Origin: Savitreella phatthalungensis
Taxonomy: Eukaryota
DNA: 64,000 nt
Reading direction: 5' to 3'
Assembly: GCA_051599415.1 (NCBI GenBank)
Contig: AP039689.1
Location: 682,001-746,000 of the forward strand
Shown: positions 12,670 to 24,712 of the stretch, piece after piece
How the letters are laid out: every line of letters begins with the position of its first letter
Position numbering within the stretch: the first letter of the stretch is position 1
Notes under the pieces: model-generated
Databases searched by the model: none
What the model was told of the DNA's origin: nothing
The model's input: only the letters and a program-made list of their open reading frames with translations
Made by a program: the position numbers and the translations under genes

Positions 12670-13098
12670 TCATGACTGCTGCTCTCTGGCCTGACGTGCT
12701 TGTTTCCGTGCTTCTCGGCGAGCAATTTGAGCTTTGCGTTCTTCCTCATAAGCGTCCAGATCTGCGAGCCAGCGTTCTCTTGCCTGTTGCGATTTGAGTC
12801 TCTCTGCTTCTTGCTTCTTCTGCTTCTCTTCCGCTCGAGCCTCACCGTAGAAGACGCTTCCAGCGACCATTGCCACGACCGTGAAGCCCTGTGCGTAGAT
12901 TCTCCACCTGAAGTACTTGTTTGCTGAGTTCTGGTTACCTTTTCGAATGGCCACAGATGCGCCAAACAGTGCTGCACACGTCGCCACTAGGCCTACAGGA
13001 ACAAGAGGCTCCTGACGGAACTTGCGCGTCAACCGCTCATACTTGCTCTCCTGGACAACCTCTTCAGGTGACTTGCTCGATGGCGGTAGACTCGCCAT
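12670..13098 (-). CDS. RCF1: Respiratory supercomplex factor 1 (HIG1 domain)
   Basis: RKFRQEPLVPVG, FRWRIYAQGFTV, charged C-terminal tail. Confidence 0.93.
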   Translation of the reverse strand: MASLPPSSKSPEEVVQESKYERLTRKFRQEPLVPVGLVATCAALFGASVAIRKGNQNSANKYFRWRIYAQGFTVVAMVAGSVFYGEARAEEKQKKQEAERLKSQQARERWLADLDAYEEERKAQIARREARKQARQAREQQS

Positions 13099-13503
13099 CG
13101 TGATTTACCGATTCTGACCCAATCTGCAGATGTGACCGGAGCGTGAGAAGATCCCTTGGGTGCCCGCTCTGTCAAATGTTGCTCCGCTGCGAAGCTTTTC
13201 CGAGAACCCTAGATTACGGCTTCTCTGAATGAGGCAGGTCTTGTGCGCTTTTTGCAATGACCTCACCGATATTTCATGAATCCTCAAATTTCTTCTCCGG
13301 CAGGCGCGTGCTCGTGATTGAATGTGACATGGACAGAGCCGGTGTGACACATCTTCGAGGAACTTTGAGTAAAAAAAATCTCCCTGCGCTTGTCGTGGGG
13401 AATGCGATTGTGATGCTGAACATGCATGATCACTATGTTCCTACAATGGGCGCCCAATTACGCCGTGTGGTTTGTCTACATGCTGTTGCATAGGCGCATT
13501 CTG

Positions 13504-14742
13504 CTACTTTGTCAAAGACGTAGCGCCAAGGGCAGCCGCTAGATTGCGCTCGATCGCATCATCAAGTGATGTTGACAGTTTGCGTCCGGCAGCGGATGCA
13601 GTCGAGGGAGCCTCAGCTTCGGTCTCTTCCTCATCATCATCCACATTTTTCTCGTCCTTGTCCTCGTCCTCGTCCTCATCATCTTCTTCTTCTTCCTCTT
13701 CCTCATCACTGTCTTCCTCTTCCATGTCCTCGAGCTCGTCGAGTTCAGCCCCGTTGTCGCGCTCGGAAAGAATCTCACGCAGACGCTCGACCTGTTCGTC
13801 ATCTTCCGAGAAACGATTGCCGTTGAGCTCGACAAGCTGGAGGGCTGGAAGTTTCTGGTCAATTGCATCGACTAGCGTGTTCAGAGCCGTGGCATCAAGC
13901 TCGTTATATTGCATCTTCAACGTATGGATCGCAGTATTGTGCCCTGCCAAAAGCGCCTTGGCCACTGCCAGAGATCCGCGCTTCTTCAGCAAGCAATCTG
14001 CAACGCTCAGTTCCGATAATCTTGGCCACTTTGCCAGTGCGCTCGCCAGCGAGAGCGAGCCCTTCAGAGTGAATGTGTTATCCTGCATATCGACCACTTC
14101 TAGCTCCTTGCACTGCGACAGACCATCTTTGATCAGCCGTGCGATGCCTTCTGGTCGGATTCCGTTCTGTGGCATGCGCACTTGCTTCAGCGTCGCAGCA
14201 TGGCGCTTGAAGCATTCGACCCACGCTGCTGCGGATCCGTTCTCGAGTCTGTTGCGACCGCACACGAGTGTTTCGAGCTTTGCCGATTCGTTGGCCTCGA
14301 GTGCAGCTGCCATCTTCGCTCCAGCTTCTGGTCCCATTCCGTTGTTCTGCAAGTACAAGTGCCGGAGGGGCGCATGTGCTTTGAAGAAGGCTTCAAGCGG
14401 CGCAGCTGCAGTCGGTCCGAAAGCATTGTCGCACAAATTGATGGTGTGCAAGTTCGGGCACTTCTGCAAGACCGGCAGTAGTGCTTCTAGAGCTGCCGGA
14501 ATCTCTTCCCTCAACCGACCTGTAAAAATGTCCGCCAGCTGAGCATCCTCGAGCTTGTCCTTGCCCTCGAGCGCCTTGGCAAGTCTCTGAGCAGCACCGA
14601 CGCCGATTGTGTTACCCGACAGCACAATCTTGATCACATCATCTTTAAGCTCCCCGAGGTGCGACTCGATATCCTCGGCTTTGTCGAGCTTCAAGCCCTT
14701 TCCTTCGAGTGAGAACGTGCTCATTTGCCGTTGTATAGACAA
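13504..14742 (-). CDS. RNA1: Ran GTPase-activating protein
   Basis: LRRs LSGNTIG, ADIFTGRLREEIP, DNAFGP, GRNRLENGS; acidic tail. Confidence 0.96.
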   Translation of the reverse strand: MSIQRQMSTFSLEGKGLKLDKAEDIESHLGELKDDVIKIVLSGNTIGVGAAQRLAKALEGKDKLEDAQLADIFTGRLREEIPAALEALLPVLQKCPNLHTINLCDNAFGPTAAAPLEAFFKAHAPLRHLYLQNNGMGPEAGAKMAAALEANESAKLETLVCGRNRLENGSAAAWVECFKRHAATLKQVRMPQNGIRPEGIARLIKDGLSQCKELEVVDMQDNTFTLKGSLSLASALAKWPRLSELSVADCLLKKRGSLAVAKALLAGHNTAIHTLKMQYNELDATALNTLVDAIDQKLPALQLVELNGNRFSEDDEQVERLREILSERDNGAELDELEDMEEEDSDEEEEEEEDDEDEDEDKDEKNVDDDEEETEAEAPSTASAAGRKLSTSLDDAIERNLAAALGATSLTK

Positions 14743-15094
14743 TAAGCTGAAGCTGGAGAATAGGCGTTTCGAGAATTCACGTCTTCAGTCTTGTACGAAG
14801 GGTTCATGCAGCAAAGGCTATCCTACTCGGCACCTTTCTACGTCGTGCCTAGAAGAGATACTTGTGGTGTCGACTTGTGGTTTGAGTGTTGACACGCCTT
14901 GATTTATGTGAATAGACCTGGCCAGTTTCCTGCACTGGATGCTCCCATGTGGATTCAAGGATGCAACAATCAATCAACCGATCAATCAATCATTCCAGAC
15001 AAGATCTGTGCACGCGAGCATAAGTCATCCGGAGTGCTTAGAGGGGTGGCAACTCGGCTCATTACATTCCGAAGCACATAGCCCCGCTTAATCT

Positions 15095-15838
15095 ATGGCT
15101 GACAGGTCCAAAGGAAGACTTCACTGCTGCGGGGCCCATCAGCATGAGTTCACTGGTAAACCTGCTGGTCTGGAACTTGTGCTCGAGGGTAGCGGTTTTG
15201 AGGCTTACGGTACCGGTGACAATACTGAATCCGTCGCGGTGCTGATTGCTACCGGAGCGGCAGCGTACAAAGACGATCACTTGCGCATGTATGCCGACGT
15301 GCTCGCCCGCGGGGCTAACATCACTGTTCTTGTCCCAGCGCATCACGATCCAGAGATCGTCTCCCGAAAACGCACTCGAGACGAAATCAAGTCCTCGCTC
15401 GGCTACCAATCGTCTCTGACGAACGGCGATATCCTGACGCTAGCAAAGCATCTGAAACAGCAGATGTCTGTTGACTTCATTGGCGTTCTCGCACTGTGCG
15501 ATAATGACGTGGAGGACGTCGAACGGCTGAACGACCTCGCGGCGAACTCAGATGCACGTGACTTGCTTCGATGTCTATGCATCACCACAACTTCAAGATC
15601 TATATCGATGAGATCGCCTGCGGAAGGTCAGGTACCACTTGCCGTTGTTCGCTTGGTCGGAGATGAAGGTGATGTTGATGGAAAGACCCTTGACGGTCGC
15701 GAGCAGGATGCATCATCACGATTTGCCACACTGCAAGGACATGCTCACTTCTACGCAGAAAATACCGATGGCAAGAACACTGAGCTGACGCGCAACCTGC
15801 TCTTCGTGCTCAAGAGATATTTACACGACTGGTCGTGA
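15095..15838 (+). CDS. Divergent dienelactone hydrolase-like (Aim2-like) alpha/beta hydrolase
   Basis: CC..H...GKPAG N-terminus, YADVLA..VLVP, IGVLALC, GHAH. Confidence 0.55.
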   Translation: MADRSKGRLHCCGAHQHEFTGKPAGLELVLEGSGFEAYGTGDNTESVAVLIATGAAAYKDDHLRMYADVLARGANITVLVPAHHDPEIVSRKRTRDEIKSSLGYQSSLTNGDILTLAKHLKQQMSVDFIGVLALCDNDVEDVERLNDLAANSDARDLLRCLCITTTSRSISMRSPAEGQVPLAVVRLVGDEGDVDGKTLDGREQDASSRFATLQGHAHFYAENTDGKNTELTRNLLFVLKRYLHDWS

Positions 15839-15916
15839 AGCACCGCTGCTCAAGCTTTCCGATAAATCTATTGATGGAAGCTATGACTCTGGATACCGTC
15901 CGTCGGCACAAGGAGA

Positions 15917-18384
15917 TCAGGCACTCTCGGTCAGCGTCTCGATGACAGAGCTGGCTGCTTGAGTGGCGGTCTCGATCACCGCCGAAGTAACGTTGGACAT
16001 AGCTGCCGATGCGGCTTGACCCGCGACCCGCTTCAGCGGTTCGCCAGTGTAGACACGCCACGACGGAAGCCATTTGAGGTGAGAGTAGTAACCTGCCTCG
16101 TCTGGCATGCCGAAGGTGAACGGAAGAAAGTTGATGAAGGTCCCGATGATGGCGGCCGCAATAGCGTAGAAAAGGGCATTTTTAGCTGATTTGCTCAAGG
16201 AGTCGGTCACGTGATCAAACAGGTAGCCAGCGGTCAGGATGGCGAACCACAACGCTGGGAAGTAGTGATGAACGTACAGAACGCGACCCATGATGAAGAA
16301 CGGCATGTAGTGCAAAATCCAGCCGATGGCGGGGTAGCAGCCTGCATAGATCAAGTGATCAACCTGTGCTGCTGTGAGCACGGCTGCAGACCGCTGCCAT
16401 CGAAGAACGTGCCAAAGGACGAGTGCTCCGAAGACGAGAAGTGATGCAGTGCTACCCCAGTAAACAATCGGGTTGCCGAGCAAGAAGTACTTGACAATGT
16501 GGGCATCCCAGCCGCACATACGCAAACCGACATGCGCTAGCGGCCACTGCCAAGCAGAGCTCGCAAGCTCGTCAGCCTTGTCCGGATCTGGCACCAAAGC
16601 GTTGTTACTCGTCATCATGGCCACGTTGAGATGAATGAAGTCGCGCCAGAAGGGTGAGCTGAAGTCCTTTGCGTCCGCTGCTGGCAAACGCTCATTCCAG
16701 TGGCCTTCGACGTTCCAGTGCGAGAAGGTGTCGTCCTTTGTGGACTTCTTGTCACATGTCACCTCAATCTGCTTAAAGCCCCACTGTGGCAAGTTGACAT
16801 TGGCAGCACGCAGGTAGCAACCCTCAGCGGTGTGACGGAACCTCAAAACGCTCGTGAGACTGCGGACGCGCGACTTGTCACGATTCCGGAGATCCTTTAC
16901 GACCTCGACCTGCCAGTGATCCTTCTCGTCCCCGATGGTCAAATTGCCATAACACGAAACTTCGTAATCTGCCTTTGTGACAGGCGCAGCGATATTGTGG
17001 GAATGCAGGTTGCGTCCGGTCTGCGCATGAATAAGACGAACAACGTCGCCATCGGCAAGAAAACGGATGGGAGCCTCTGCGTCGGCCTGGTCGTACTCAG
17101 GCTGATCACGGCTTGGGTAGAAGAACCAGTCATTATTGGCGTCCTTGTGATGGTAGCACGTGACTTGTTGCTGCTGTGATCCTTCTGGGAATGTCTGGAC
17201 GTGAGAGTGCAGCAGACCGCCGCCATAGCCCATGTTCTTGATTGTGGCGCGAGAACCAATGGCCACATCTAGCGGCTGGCCTCTTAACTCGCTGCCGCGT
17301 AAGTTTGCCTGGAATAGGGATGGCATTTGAGCGTCACCAGGGCCACTGTTCTCAAGAACTTCGAAATGAACCCAGAAGAAGGATGCGTATACAAGGACGG
17401 GAATGACGATGAGCGCGATGATCCGTGCTACCCAATGCTTCGCATACGTGACTTTGAGCATCGAAGTCTCACCAAATTTGTTCCAGAGGTCGTGGACGGT
17501 GTATAGACCGCAGAGGGCGGTACCGAACATACCAACCCATTTGACTGAGCAGACACAGCCAATGGAAATGCCCATCAGAGCGAGCCACTTTGCCCAGCGG
17601 TAGCTGAATGGCTCATCTCGATACGCGTGAAACTTTGCGAGGCTGAACATGGTTGTGAAGGTGAAAAAGAGGAGCATACTGTCGAGGAGGATGAAACGCG
17701 AGATGGTTGCGTATGAGTTCTCGCATAAGACCATCAAGGCAACGAGTACGGTCGCCTGGAGCGACATCTTGAGCTCTAGAGCAGTGAAATAAGCCAGAGG
17801 TACACAAGCTGCGCCGAACAAAGCGTTCCACACCCGCATTAGTGTGTAATTGAGGGACTCTGGATAGACCTCTCCTGACTTGAACTCAAAATTGCCATCG
17901 TAACCTGCAAGCCAGCCAGCGAATCCATTGAGCATTTTTCCAAGCGGCGGGTGTACGTCAAAGTAGAACTCACGCTTCAGATAGTGAGATGCGAACTTGC
18001 CGAAGCTATGGAATGTCAGTCAAGATGGCCAACGTGGATTGAGATGAGCGAGACATACTGTGCTTCGTCCCATGTCACGATATTGGACCGTCCAATGAGA
18101 TAGAGACGCGTGAAAAGGGAGAGACCGGTGAGAGCAAGCGGAAGAGCCCACCATCTGAGATGATCTTCAGTAGTCCACTAGGATGTTAGCATCAACCTTC
18201 CACCACACAGAGGCAGGAACGGTGAACTTACAGCCTTCGTGACAGGTCTACTTGAAGACTTGACCGGGACAGGAGGTTTCTGGACTTCGACTTCGACCGG
18301 CGCGGCAAAGCCGTTGACTTCGCTTGCACGCGTCCTTCGCCTGGTAGCCGCGGGTAAGTCTGTTGCTGATGAGCCACTACTCAT
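15917..18384 (-). CDS. PMT2: Dolichyl-phosphate-mannose protein O-mannosyltransferase, PMT2 type; introns 18178-18231 and 18006-18058
   Basis: VTWDEAHFGKF, DVHPPLGKML, SRFILLDSML, MIR domains, RVLYVHHYFPA. Confidence 0.96.
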
Positions 18385-19422
18385 ATTTCTGTGGCAAAGA
18401 CACACGAGGTCACGCGGTTGGAAACTTAAGCTGAAGCAGAATCAAGCTTGAAGGCAGGTTTCAGACTTTGTGACACGCTTGCCAAGAACGCGCGTTGGAA
18501 TTCCGTGACTCTTGTCTGACTGAGACCGATCAGAGTCTTCAGGATTGGTCACCTCCTTTTCAGGACTGACAGTGTATGCACGTTGTTAGATGGTCGCATC
18601 TTTGACTACATCTTAGCACAGCACGACACATCCCAGCATACGAGAACGATCAATCGACCATCGATCGAATGGACATACACGCGCGCGTCCCGCAGAGGAG
18701 TTGAATGCAGCCACTGAGCAGTCGTGCTTTCCCTCCGCCAATAGTTAGGGGCTACCGTCCAATAGTGCTACAGCTTGAGATCACACACGGGACGGCGTCA
18801 ATCTAGTTTGGCTCCCACATTGACCGATACTAAACTCCAAGACGGATTCAGACTAAACTACCGTACCGCGCACTAAATCATCCAAGTTTCCGCAATGACG
18901 GCCGTCCTGGACTACTTTCCTTGTGCTACGATTGTAGTGCTCTTTCAGTTGTTCTCATCAATTCATTGGCCACCTGGTTTCAAAAGCTTTTGGAGTTTTC
19001 ACTGGATGGAGCTTTTCGCATAACTAGCTATAGCTAATCATGGATCATTCAATCTGAATTTAATCTTTCAATGTATGATTCAAATCATCATGCCATGCCA
19101 AAATATCCACCAGCATCACAGAAGAGCACTTCGAAAAGCATCAAGATGCACGTTCAAAAATCCAGCTATGAGGAGGGGATGAAGCCCAGTCTCATGTCGT
19201 GGACATCGTCTACAGTCTGTAGCACGAGAATTTGCCCGGACTGAAGCAGCAATAAGGCTTGTTTGCCGTTGACAAACAATAGTCTTCATTGGAAACTAGT
19301 TGAAATAACTGACGTAGCGCTAAGCTAACGCTGTGATGAAGGATGGAGTCTCTAACCCTTGAGAGCGGGTCTTATCGCTGCCAAGGGTGTTCCGTCGGAT
19401 CAGATGCTTCTGGCCCAAAGAC

Positions 19423-20064
19423 TCAACGGTAGAGATGATCGGCGCGAATATTGGCAGCGCACTCGACCTCCCACTTGTCACCATTCGCAAGAAGCTTCTC
19501 CTTGTTGTAGAGCAGCTCCTCGTGTGTTTCAGTCGAGTATTCAATGTTCGGCGTCTCGACGATCGCGTCGACAGGGCAGGACTCCTGGCAGAAACCACAG
19601 TAAATACACTTTGTCATGTCGATATCGTATCTGACGGTCCGGCGAGCACCGTCGGCACGCTCCTCAGCCTCAATCGTGATGGCTTGGGCGGGGCAGATAG
19701 CCTCGCACAGCTTGCAAGCGATGCAGCGCTCCTCGCCAGAAGGATAGCGACGTAGTGCATGCTCTCCACGGAACCGTGGCGATGCGGGTCCCTTTTCGTA
19801 CGGATAGAAGATTGTGTATGGCGGCTTGAAGAACTGCTCGAGCACGACGTACATGCCTCTCAACATCTCTGTCATCAAGAAATAAGACCCAGCTTTGTCA
19901 AGCGCGCTGCCCTGAACCTCTACCGTGTGCCCTTGTGGTCGGAAGTCCGTCGGCGGTGCTGCCATCACGGCACGACTTGTCGAAAGCGCAGCTGCGCGAG
20001 CCATATTCGGTCGGGCGACCGATGCGGCCATCAGCCGTGATTGCAGCAAGCTCCTGCTCAGCAT
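19423..20064 (-). CDS. NDUFS8: NADH:ubiquinone oxidoreductase TYKY/NDUFS8 subunit
   Basis: [12 protein letters not shown] and [12 protein letters not shown] 4Fe-4S motifs; presequence from ATG 20064. Confidence 0.98.
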   Translation of the reverse strand: MLSRSLLQSRLMAASVARPNMARAAALSTSRAVMAAPPTDFRPQGHTVEVQGSALDKAGSYFLMTEMLRGMYVVLEQFFKPPYTIFYPYEKGPASPRFRGEHALRRYPSGEERCIACKLCEAICPAQAITIEAEERADGARRTVRYDIDMTKCIYCGFCQESCPVDAIVETPNIEYSTETHEELLYNKEKLLANGDKWEVECAANIRADHLYR

Positions 20065-20510
20065 CGTGAACTCCTCTCCTGATGTATATACTGCTGCTGA
20101 GCGACCGCGGCGTCCTTGATATTTCAAATGTCTATGGTTGACGAGCGTAGACACAGATGCGCACGTAAGGTAGACCAGTTGGCAGCTTCCGAGTCAGCAG
20201 CAATGCAACAGAGTCAGCGTGTTGAAGGAAATGGGCAGCGAGGGGATTTTCAGCGAATTTGGTCAGCAGGATGAGCTCGAAATTGATTGGCCGTGGACCA
20301 AGAAGCAGGTGGAATTATATTAGACTTTGAGGTGATCTCATGGGAATCTATAGTTTTCCCTCGGGGGACCTAATGAATGAATTAGATAGCATCTACTTCG
20401 CTGAGGCTCTATCAATCATTGGTCTGTTGATCAACTCATCCCGTGCTCATCCACGTCTGGGTATGTCATCGAGCATGTTGACGCTTGTGGCACTATAGTT
20501 GAGGATTTTC

Positions 20511-21287
20511 ATGAGCTCAAGCCGACTTGTGCACTTCCGTTTGCCGTCGCCATGCCGTTATGCCTATGCAGCGGACATTCAGGATGGATTTGTCCGAATG
20601 TTGCTCGATCGGAAGCAGGAACAGCTTCGACCGCAATCGCCGACTGAGGCTCAGTCTGGTGCACCGGGGTTTGTCTTGACAGCACAGTTTCTTCCAGTGT
20701 ACACCACAGGACGGCGAGAGCGTGGCTTATTGAGTGAGCAAGCAAAGCTGGAGCTCACGACAAAGTCATCAAATTTCAAGCATGGTCAAGCAGAAGTGAT
20801 CGAGGCTCTTCGCGGTGGCCAAATGACCTATCATGGGCCAGGCCAGCTTGTTGCGTACCCGATCGTGGATCTGCACAATCTTCCGCGTGCTGATCATGGC
20901 GCTGACAGTATGAGGCGCTCGGGTACGATTGTCAGGCCTCGGTGCTATGTCGACGGCCTAGAGTCCGTCATTATCCGCGCACTCGCACGCCACAATATCA
21001 CTGCTCGAAGGACGGAACACACAGGCGTCTGGATCGATAACGAGCGCAAAATTTCTAGCATCGGCGTACATCTGCGTCGCAATGTGACCAGCCACGGCAT
21101 AAGCATCAACGTCGATCCGGACCTTGACTATTTTCGCGCAATCACAGCCTGTGGCTTGGCTGACAAGCAGGCCACAAGCTGCGCGGCTCTCGGTCAAGCA
21201 GTCGAGATCGATGAGCTCGAGACATCTTTCATCGATGAGCTTGCCACCTCCCTTGGTTACAACGGAGTTGACACCATCCACCTGTAA
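20511..21287 (+). CDS. LIP2: Octanoyltransferase (lipoyl synthesis)
   Basis: PVYTTGRR, RGGQMTYHGPGQLVAYPI, KISSIG, TSHG, ACGL. Confidence 0.95.
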   Translation: MSSSRLVHFRLPSPCRYAYAADIQDGFVRMLLDRKQEQLRPQSPTEAQSGAPGFVLTAQFLPVYTTGRRERGLLSEQAKLELTTKSSNFKHGQAEVIEALRGGQMTYHGPGQLVAYPIVDLHNLPRADHGADSMRRSGTIVRPRCYVDGLESVIIRALARHNITARRTEHTGVWIDNERKISSIGVHLRRNVTSHGISINVDPDLDYFRAITACGLADKQATSCAALGQAVEIDELETSFIDELATSLGYNGVDTIHL

Positions 21288-21323
21288 TTGCTATTGTACA
21301 TCTATGCATATCCGCTGTATACT

Positions 21324-22007
21324 CTATGCGTCAACAACCTCACGATCCTCATCCTTCGCCTGCTCTTCCTTGGACATCTCGCGCAGATGAGCGGTGTCTG
21401 CGTACTGCTCAAAGATCTTGTCCTCGGCTGATACTCGAAGGATCGTGATACCCGTATTCCCGCTTGCACGCCCAAGGCTCCCTATCGGAACGTCCTCAGA
21501 CGTGTCAAAGCCAAAGTTCTTATGGAGTGACTGTGCAAGCCTCAACAGCGTGCCGCCGTGCGAGCAGACAAAGATGACTTTGATCTCTGTCTTCGCGTAC
21601 AGCGGCTCGATGCAGGTCCGCCAGAAGTTCTCGACACGTGACGTGAGTGCAGCTGTGCCCTCGCCAAACTCGAATTTTGTCACACCCCGTTCCGCACACA
21701 TCCGGTCGACTTCCTCCTTCGATACACCTTGCAGCTCAGCCATGTATCGCTCCCGTAGGGCTTCCGTGTATATGACACTCGAGCTGCTGATAGGATTCGG
21801 TCGCTCAGCCAGGACGTGACCAAGTGTCTGCTTGCATCGCTTTAGATCAGAGCAGAAAATGCGATCCGGTACAACATCCTGCAATCGAACGGCGAGCGCT
21901 GAAGCTTGTGCATGACCGTGCTCATTTAGATCCGTGTCGAGTGAGCCCTGTATAATCTTGGCCACGTTCGAATTGGTCTCTGCATGACGTAGCAAGTATA
22001 TCCGCAT
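21324..22007 (-). CDS. Histidine phosphatase / phosphoglycerate mutase-like protein
   Basis: LLRHAET, SDLKRCKQT, LRER, SHGG, NTGIT. Confidence 0.9.
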   Translation of the reverse strand: MRIYLLRHAETNSNVAKIIQGSLDTDLNEHGHAQASALAVRLQDVVPDRIFCSDLKRCKQTLGHVLAERPNPISSSSVIYTEALRERYMAELQGVSKEEVDRMCAERGVTKFEFGEGTAALTSRVENFWRTCIEPLYAKTEIKVIFVCSHGGTLLRLAQSLHKNFGFDTSEDVPIGSLGRASGNTGITILRVSAEDKIFEQYADTAHLREMSKEEQAKDEDREVVDA

Positions 22008-22209
22008 GACTGGCAGGCTCGCTGCAGAACCGACTTGTACAGTCGTAGTGAACCAAATCTGGTTGGTCCTAACTTTTTCTTAAGGTCAAACAAGATGAAA
22101 TGAAGTGGATGAAAAAGTGACGTCGAAAGACGCGCCTGAAAATACCAAAGATAGCCCTTGGTAGACGCGACGCAGAGCATTTCCTGCGCGAGCTAGATTC
22201 TCTGGGGCG

Positions 22210-22680
22210 ATGCCGACACCACACAAGATTGCCGTTGATGACATCACGGCAAACCAGCTCGGCACTTTCAAGAAGCTTCACAACGTGCTCTTTCCCATCG
22301 AGTATCCAGCAAACTTCTTTCGCGATGCTTTGAATGGTCAATTGACCATCTCCAAGCTGGCTTACTTCAATGATATTGCTGTCGGATGCTTATGTGTGCG
22401 GATCACGCCGGAGAAGAATGGCGCACGTCTCTACATCGCTACACTCGGCGTCCTCGCTCCGTACAGAGAGCTTGGTGTTGGGGCGAAGATGCTGGAGTAC
22501 ATTGAAACTGCTGCAAAGGATATCAAAGCAAAGGAGCTGACACTACATGTTCAAGAAGGCAACGAGGCAAGAGCATGGTATGAGAAGCGTGGGTTCCTGG
22601 TAGACAAGGTCGAATCGAACTATTATCCGCGTTCAGAGGTCACGGCTGCAGTCCTGTTGAAGAAAAGTCTGGCCTTATGA
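22210..22680 (+). CDS. NAA50: N-terminal acetyltransferase Naa50-like (GNAT)
   Basis: LFPIEY, LAYFND, LYIATLGVLAPYR, LHVQ, NYY. Confidence 0.88.
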   Translation: MPTPHKIAVDDITANQLGTFKKLHNVLFPIEYPANFFRDALNGQLTISKLAYFNDIAVGCLCVRITPEKNGARLYIATLGVLAPYRELGVGAKMLEYIETAAKDIKAKELTLHVQEGNEARAWYEKRGFLVDKVESNYYPRSEVTAAVLLKKSLAL

Positions 22681-23187
22681 AGTCTCCGCACGGCGAATTG
22701 CGGAACAGACCCATACCCGGCAGTGGAAACTCACGGCGACCCGGAGAAGCTTCATCGGTGATCTTCGGCAAAGTGCTCCTTCTTGAACCACAGGTCACGA
22801 TAATGTCCAATTTACATGGTAGCCTTCGATGCAGCCATCGTAGAACCCTCATCCGTCCATGCACATAGTTCGTCAGCATGGGCACGTCAAGGACATCAGG
22901 ATCGGTATGGTGGCTAGGACCACCGAGCTTTGGCTCACTGCAATCATGCATTTCTTTTTACATGTGCATCTCCAACTTATTCGATCACGAACGTCTGAAT
23001 GCCTTGCCATTTGGCCACTTAACTTGAATGAATCAAAATTGCCAATCGACATGCATAAGATCCGGGTAAAATCACATGCACATGCCTGGGCCTGTACAGG
23101 CAGGTCTGAGGCTGAAGTTTGTCATACGATGACCACATACAACAAGGAACGCATTTTCACACGTATTCGCTGCTGGGACAACGCGAG

Positions 23188-23718
23188 ATGTCGAATAATG
23201 AGCCGCTGAACGCCAATCCGACCGTGCATCGCGTCATTCGACACAAAGAGCGTCGCTTGTCAATATCACAACTGCGCGCTCTGCCTGATGACTCTGGGGA
23301 TGACGCTTCTGAGAGCTCCGATATCCCTGAGCCCATCGATGCGCAAGAGGTCTACGACTTATTGGCAGACATAAATGATCCAGAGCATCCTCTGACGCTT
23401 GCGCAGCTCGCAGTGGTCAATGTCGATGACATCAGCATCAATAAAGATGCGAAGACCGGCATCGAGACTGTGACAGTCGACATCACTCCAACCATTCCCC
23501 ACTGCTCCATGGCGACCCTGATTGGCCTATGCGTGCGCGTCCGTTTGCAACGCTCTCTTCCGGCGCGCTACCGCTGCAACATCAAAATCAAAGAGGGCAT
23601 GCACCAGAGCGAGCAGGCTGTCAACCGGCAGCTCGCAGACAAGGAACGTGTGGCAGCAGCCTGTGAGAACGAGCAGCTTCTTGGTGTACTGAAAGGCATG
23701 ATGGAGTCGTGCGCTTGA
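23188..23718 (+). CDS. CIA2: Cytosolic Fe-S assembly component Cia2/MIP18
   Basis: NANP, INDPEHPLTL, TPTIPHCSMATLIGL, VNRQLADKERVAAACEN. Confidence 0.96.
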   Translation: MSNNEPLNANPTVHRVIRHKERRLSISQLRALPDDSGDDASESSDIPEPIDAQEVYDLLADINDPEHPLTLAQLAVVNVDDISINKDAKTGIETVTVDITPTIPHCSMATLIGLCVRVRLQRSLPARYRCNIKIKEGMHQSEQAVNRQLADKERVAAACENEQLLGVLKGMMESCA

Positions 23719-23833
23719 AGTTCAATCGACGGCATTTCAAGCAATCGAGAAAACTAAGACGAAGGAATCTAGCGACACGACGATGTATATAGACCGAGGG
23801 GATATCGTTAGCATCATGACAATTATGTTACAT

Positions 23834-24361
23834 TCATGATCGTAGACCGCCAGAGACGACGTAGAATCCTCTTCGGGTTTTCTTCGCAAGTGAGCGGTAG
23901 TCTGTCAAAGTCTGCTTTGCGTCTGCTGTATCATGTGCTTTGTCCACTAGGACGCCTGTGGCGATTGCTTTGTCTTTGGCTTCCAAAGCATCCAGGGCGC
24001 CAGACAGGTCGAGTTCCTGCTGGCTATCAAGGGCTACATTGATGAGCGGCTCGACGCCCTCTACATCAACCTCTTGAATGCTCCGAACGAAATGCATCTG
24101 CTCATTCAAATCCTGCAGCAGCTTGCTCCGCTCATCATGAGATTCAGGTGCCGGCAAAGCTGACAGCTTGAGCAAGTGAGTCAGCTGCTCAGACGTTACT
24201 TCAGTCTGTGTCCCTGTATCCACCTTCGTCAGCTCTTTTGTCGACCAGGAAGGTGGCGGCAAGATCGGTCTCGATGACGAGCTACACCGTATGCACACTC
24301 GATCGAGCATGCGGTTGACAGGCCTCGCTAGCCTGATTCGGCTGGTCATACTCGTGTGCAT
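23834..24361 (-). CDS. Mitochondrial Glu-tRNA(Gln) amidotransferase small subunit (GatC/GatF-like)
   Basis: PSWS, HLLKLSALP, QMHFVRSIQEVDVEGVEPL, GFYVV; presequence. Confidence 0.8.
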   Translation of the reverse strand: MHTSMTSRIRLARPVNRMLDRVCIRCSSSSRPILPPPSWSTKELTKVDTGTQTEVTSEQLTHLLKLSALPAPESHDERSKLLQDLNEQMHFVRSIQEVDVEGVEPLINVALDSQQELDLSGALDALEAKDKAIATGVLVDKAHDTADAKQTLTDYRSLAKKTRRGFYVVSGGLRS

Positions 24362-24588
24362 CCTCTCCTCAATAAAGGAAAGACAAGTCGATCAAGTGCA
24401 CGATCGCTGCGTTCTGGCGTACATGCTCTATCAGCACGGAGTCTGAAGTGCCCGTCCTATAAGCTCGTTGCGTATGTTACCTAAAGTCGAGTCTTTGCAG
24501 TTAACTGTGCTCGAGCATGATCTCGAATACAGCGAATCTGCACACAGAGCAATATTCGATCATCAATCAACCACATGCAGGATTAAAG

Positions 24589-24652
24589 ACGCGAATCTCA
24601 AATGCACTTTTAATGACCTCGTACGTTCACGCGTTCAGCAAATAAGACGCGA
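24589..24652. promoter_or_regulatory. MCB-like cluster upstream of CTF18
   Basis: ACGCGA 24589, ACGCGT 24629 and ACGCGA 24647 within 125 nt of the ATG. Confidence 0.55.
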
Positions 24653-24712
24653 CCTTGGCCTGGCCATCTGCCACTTTACGTCTCGATGAGCTTGTAACGG
24701 CTCGGTGTTGGG

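Noticed and set aside
13472..14542. 356-aa + strand ORF with poly-Ser
   Set aside because: Antisense shadow of RNA1; the poly-Ser mirrors its acidic tail
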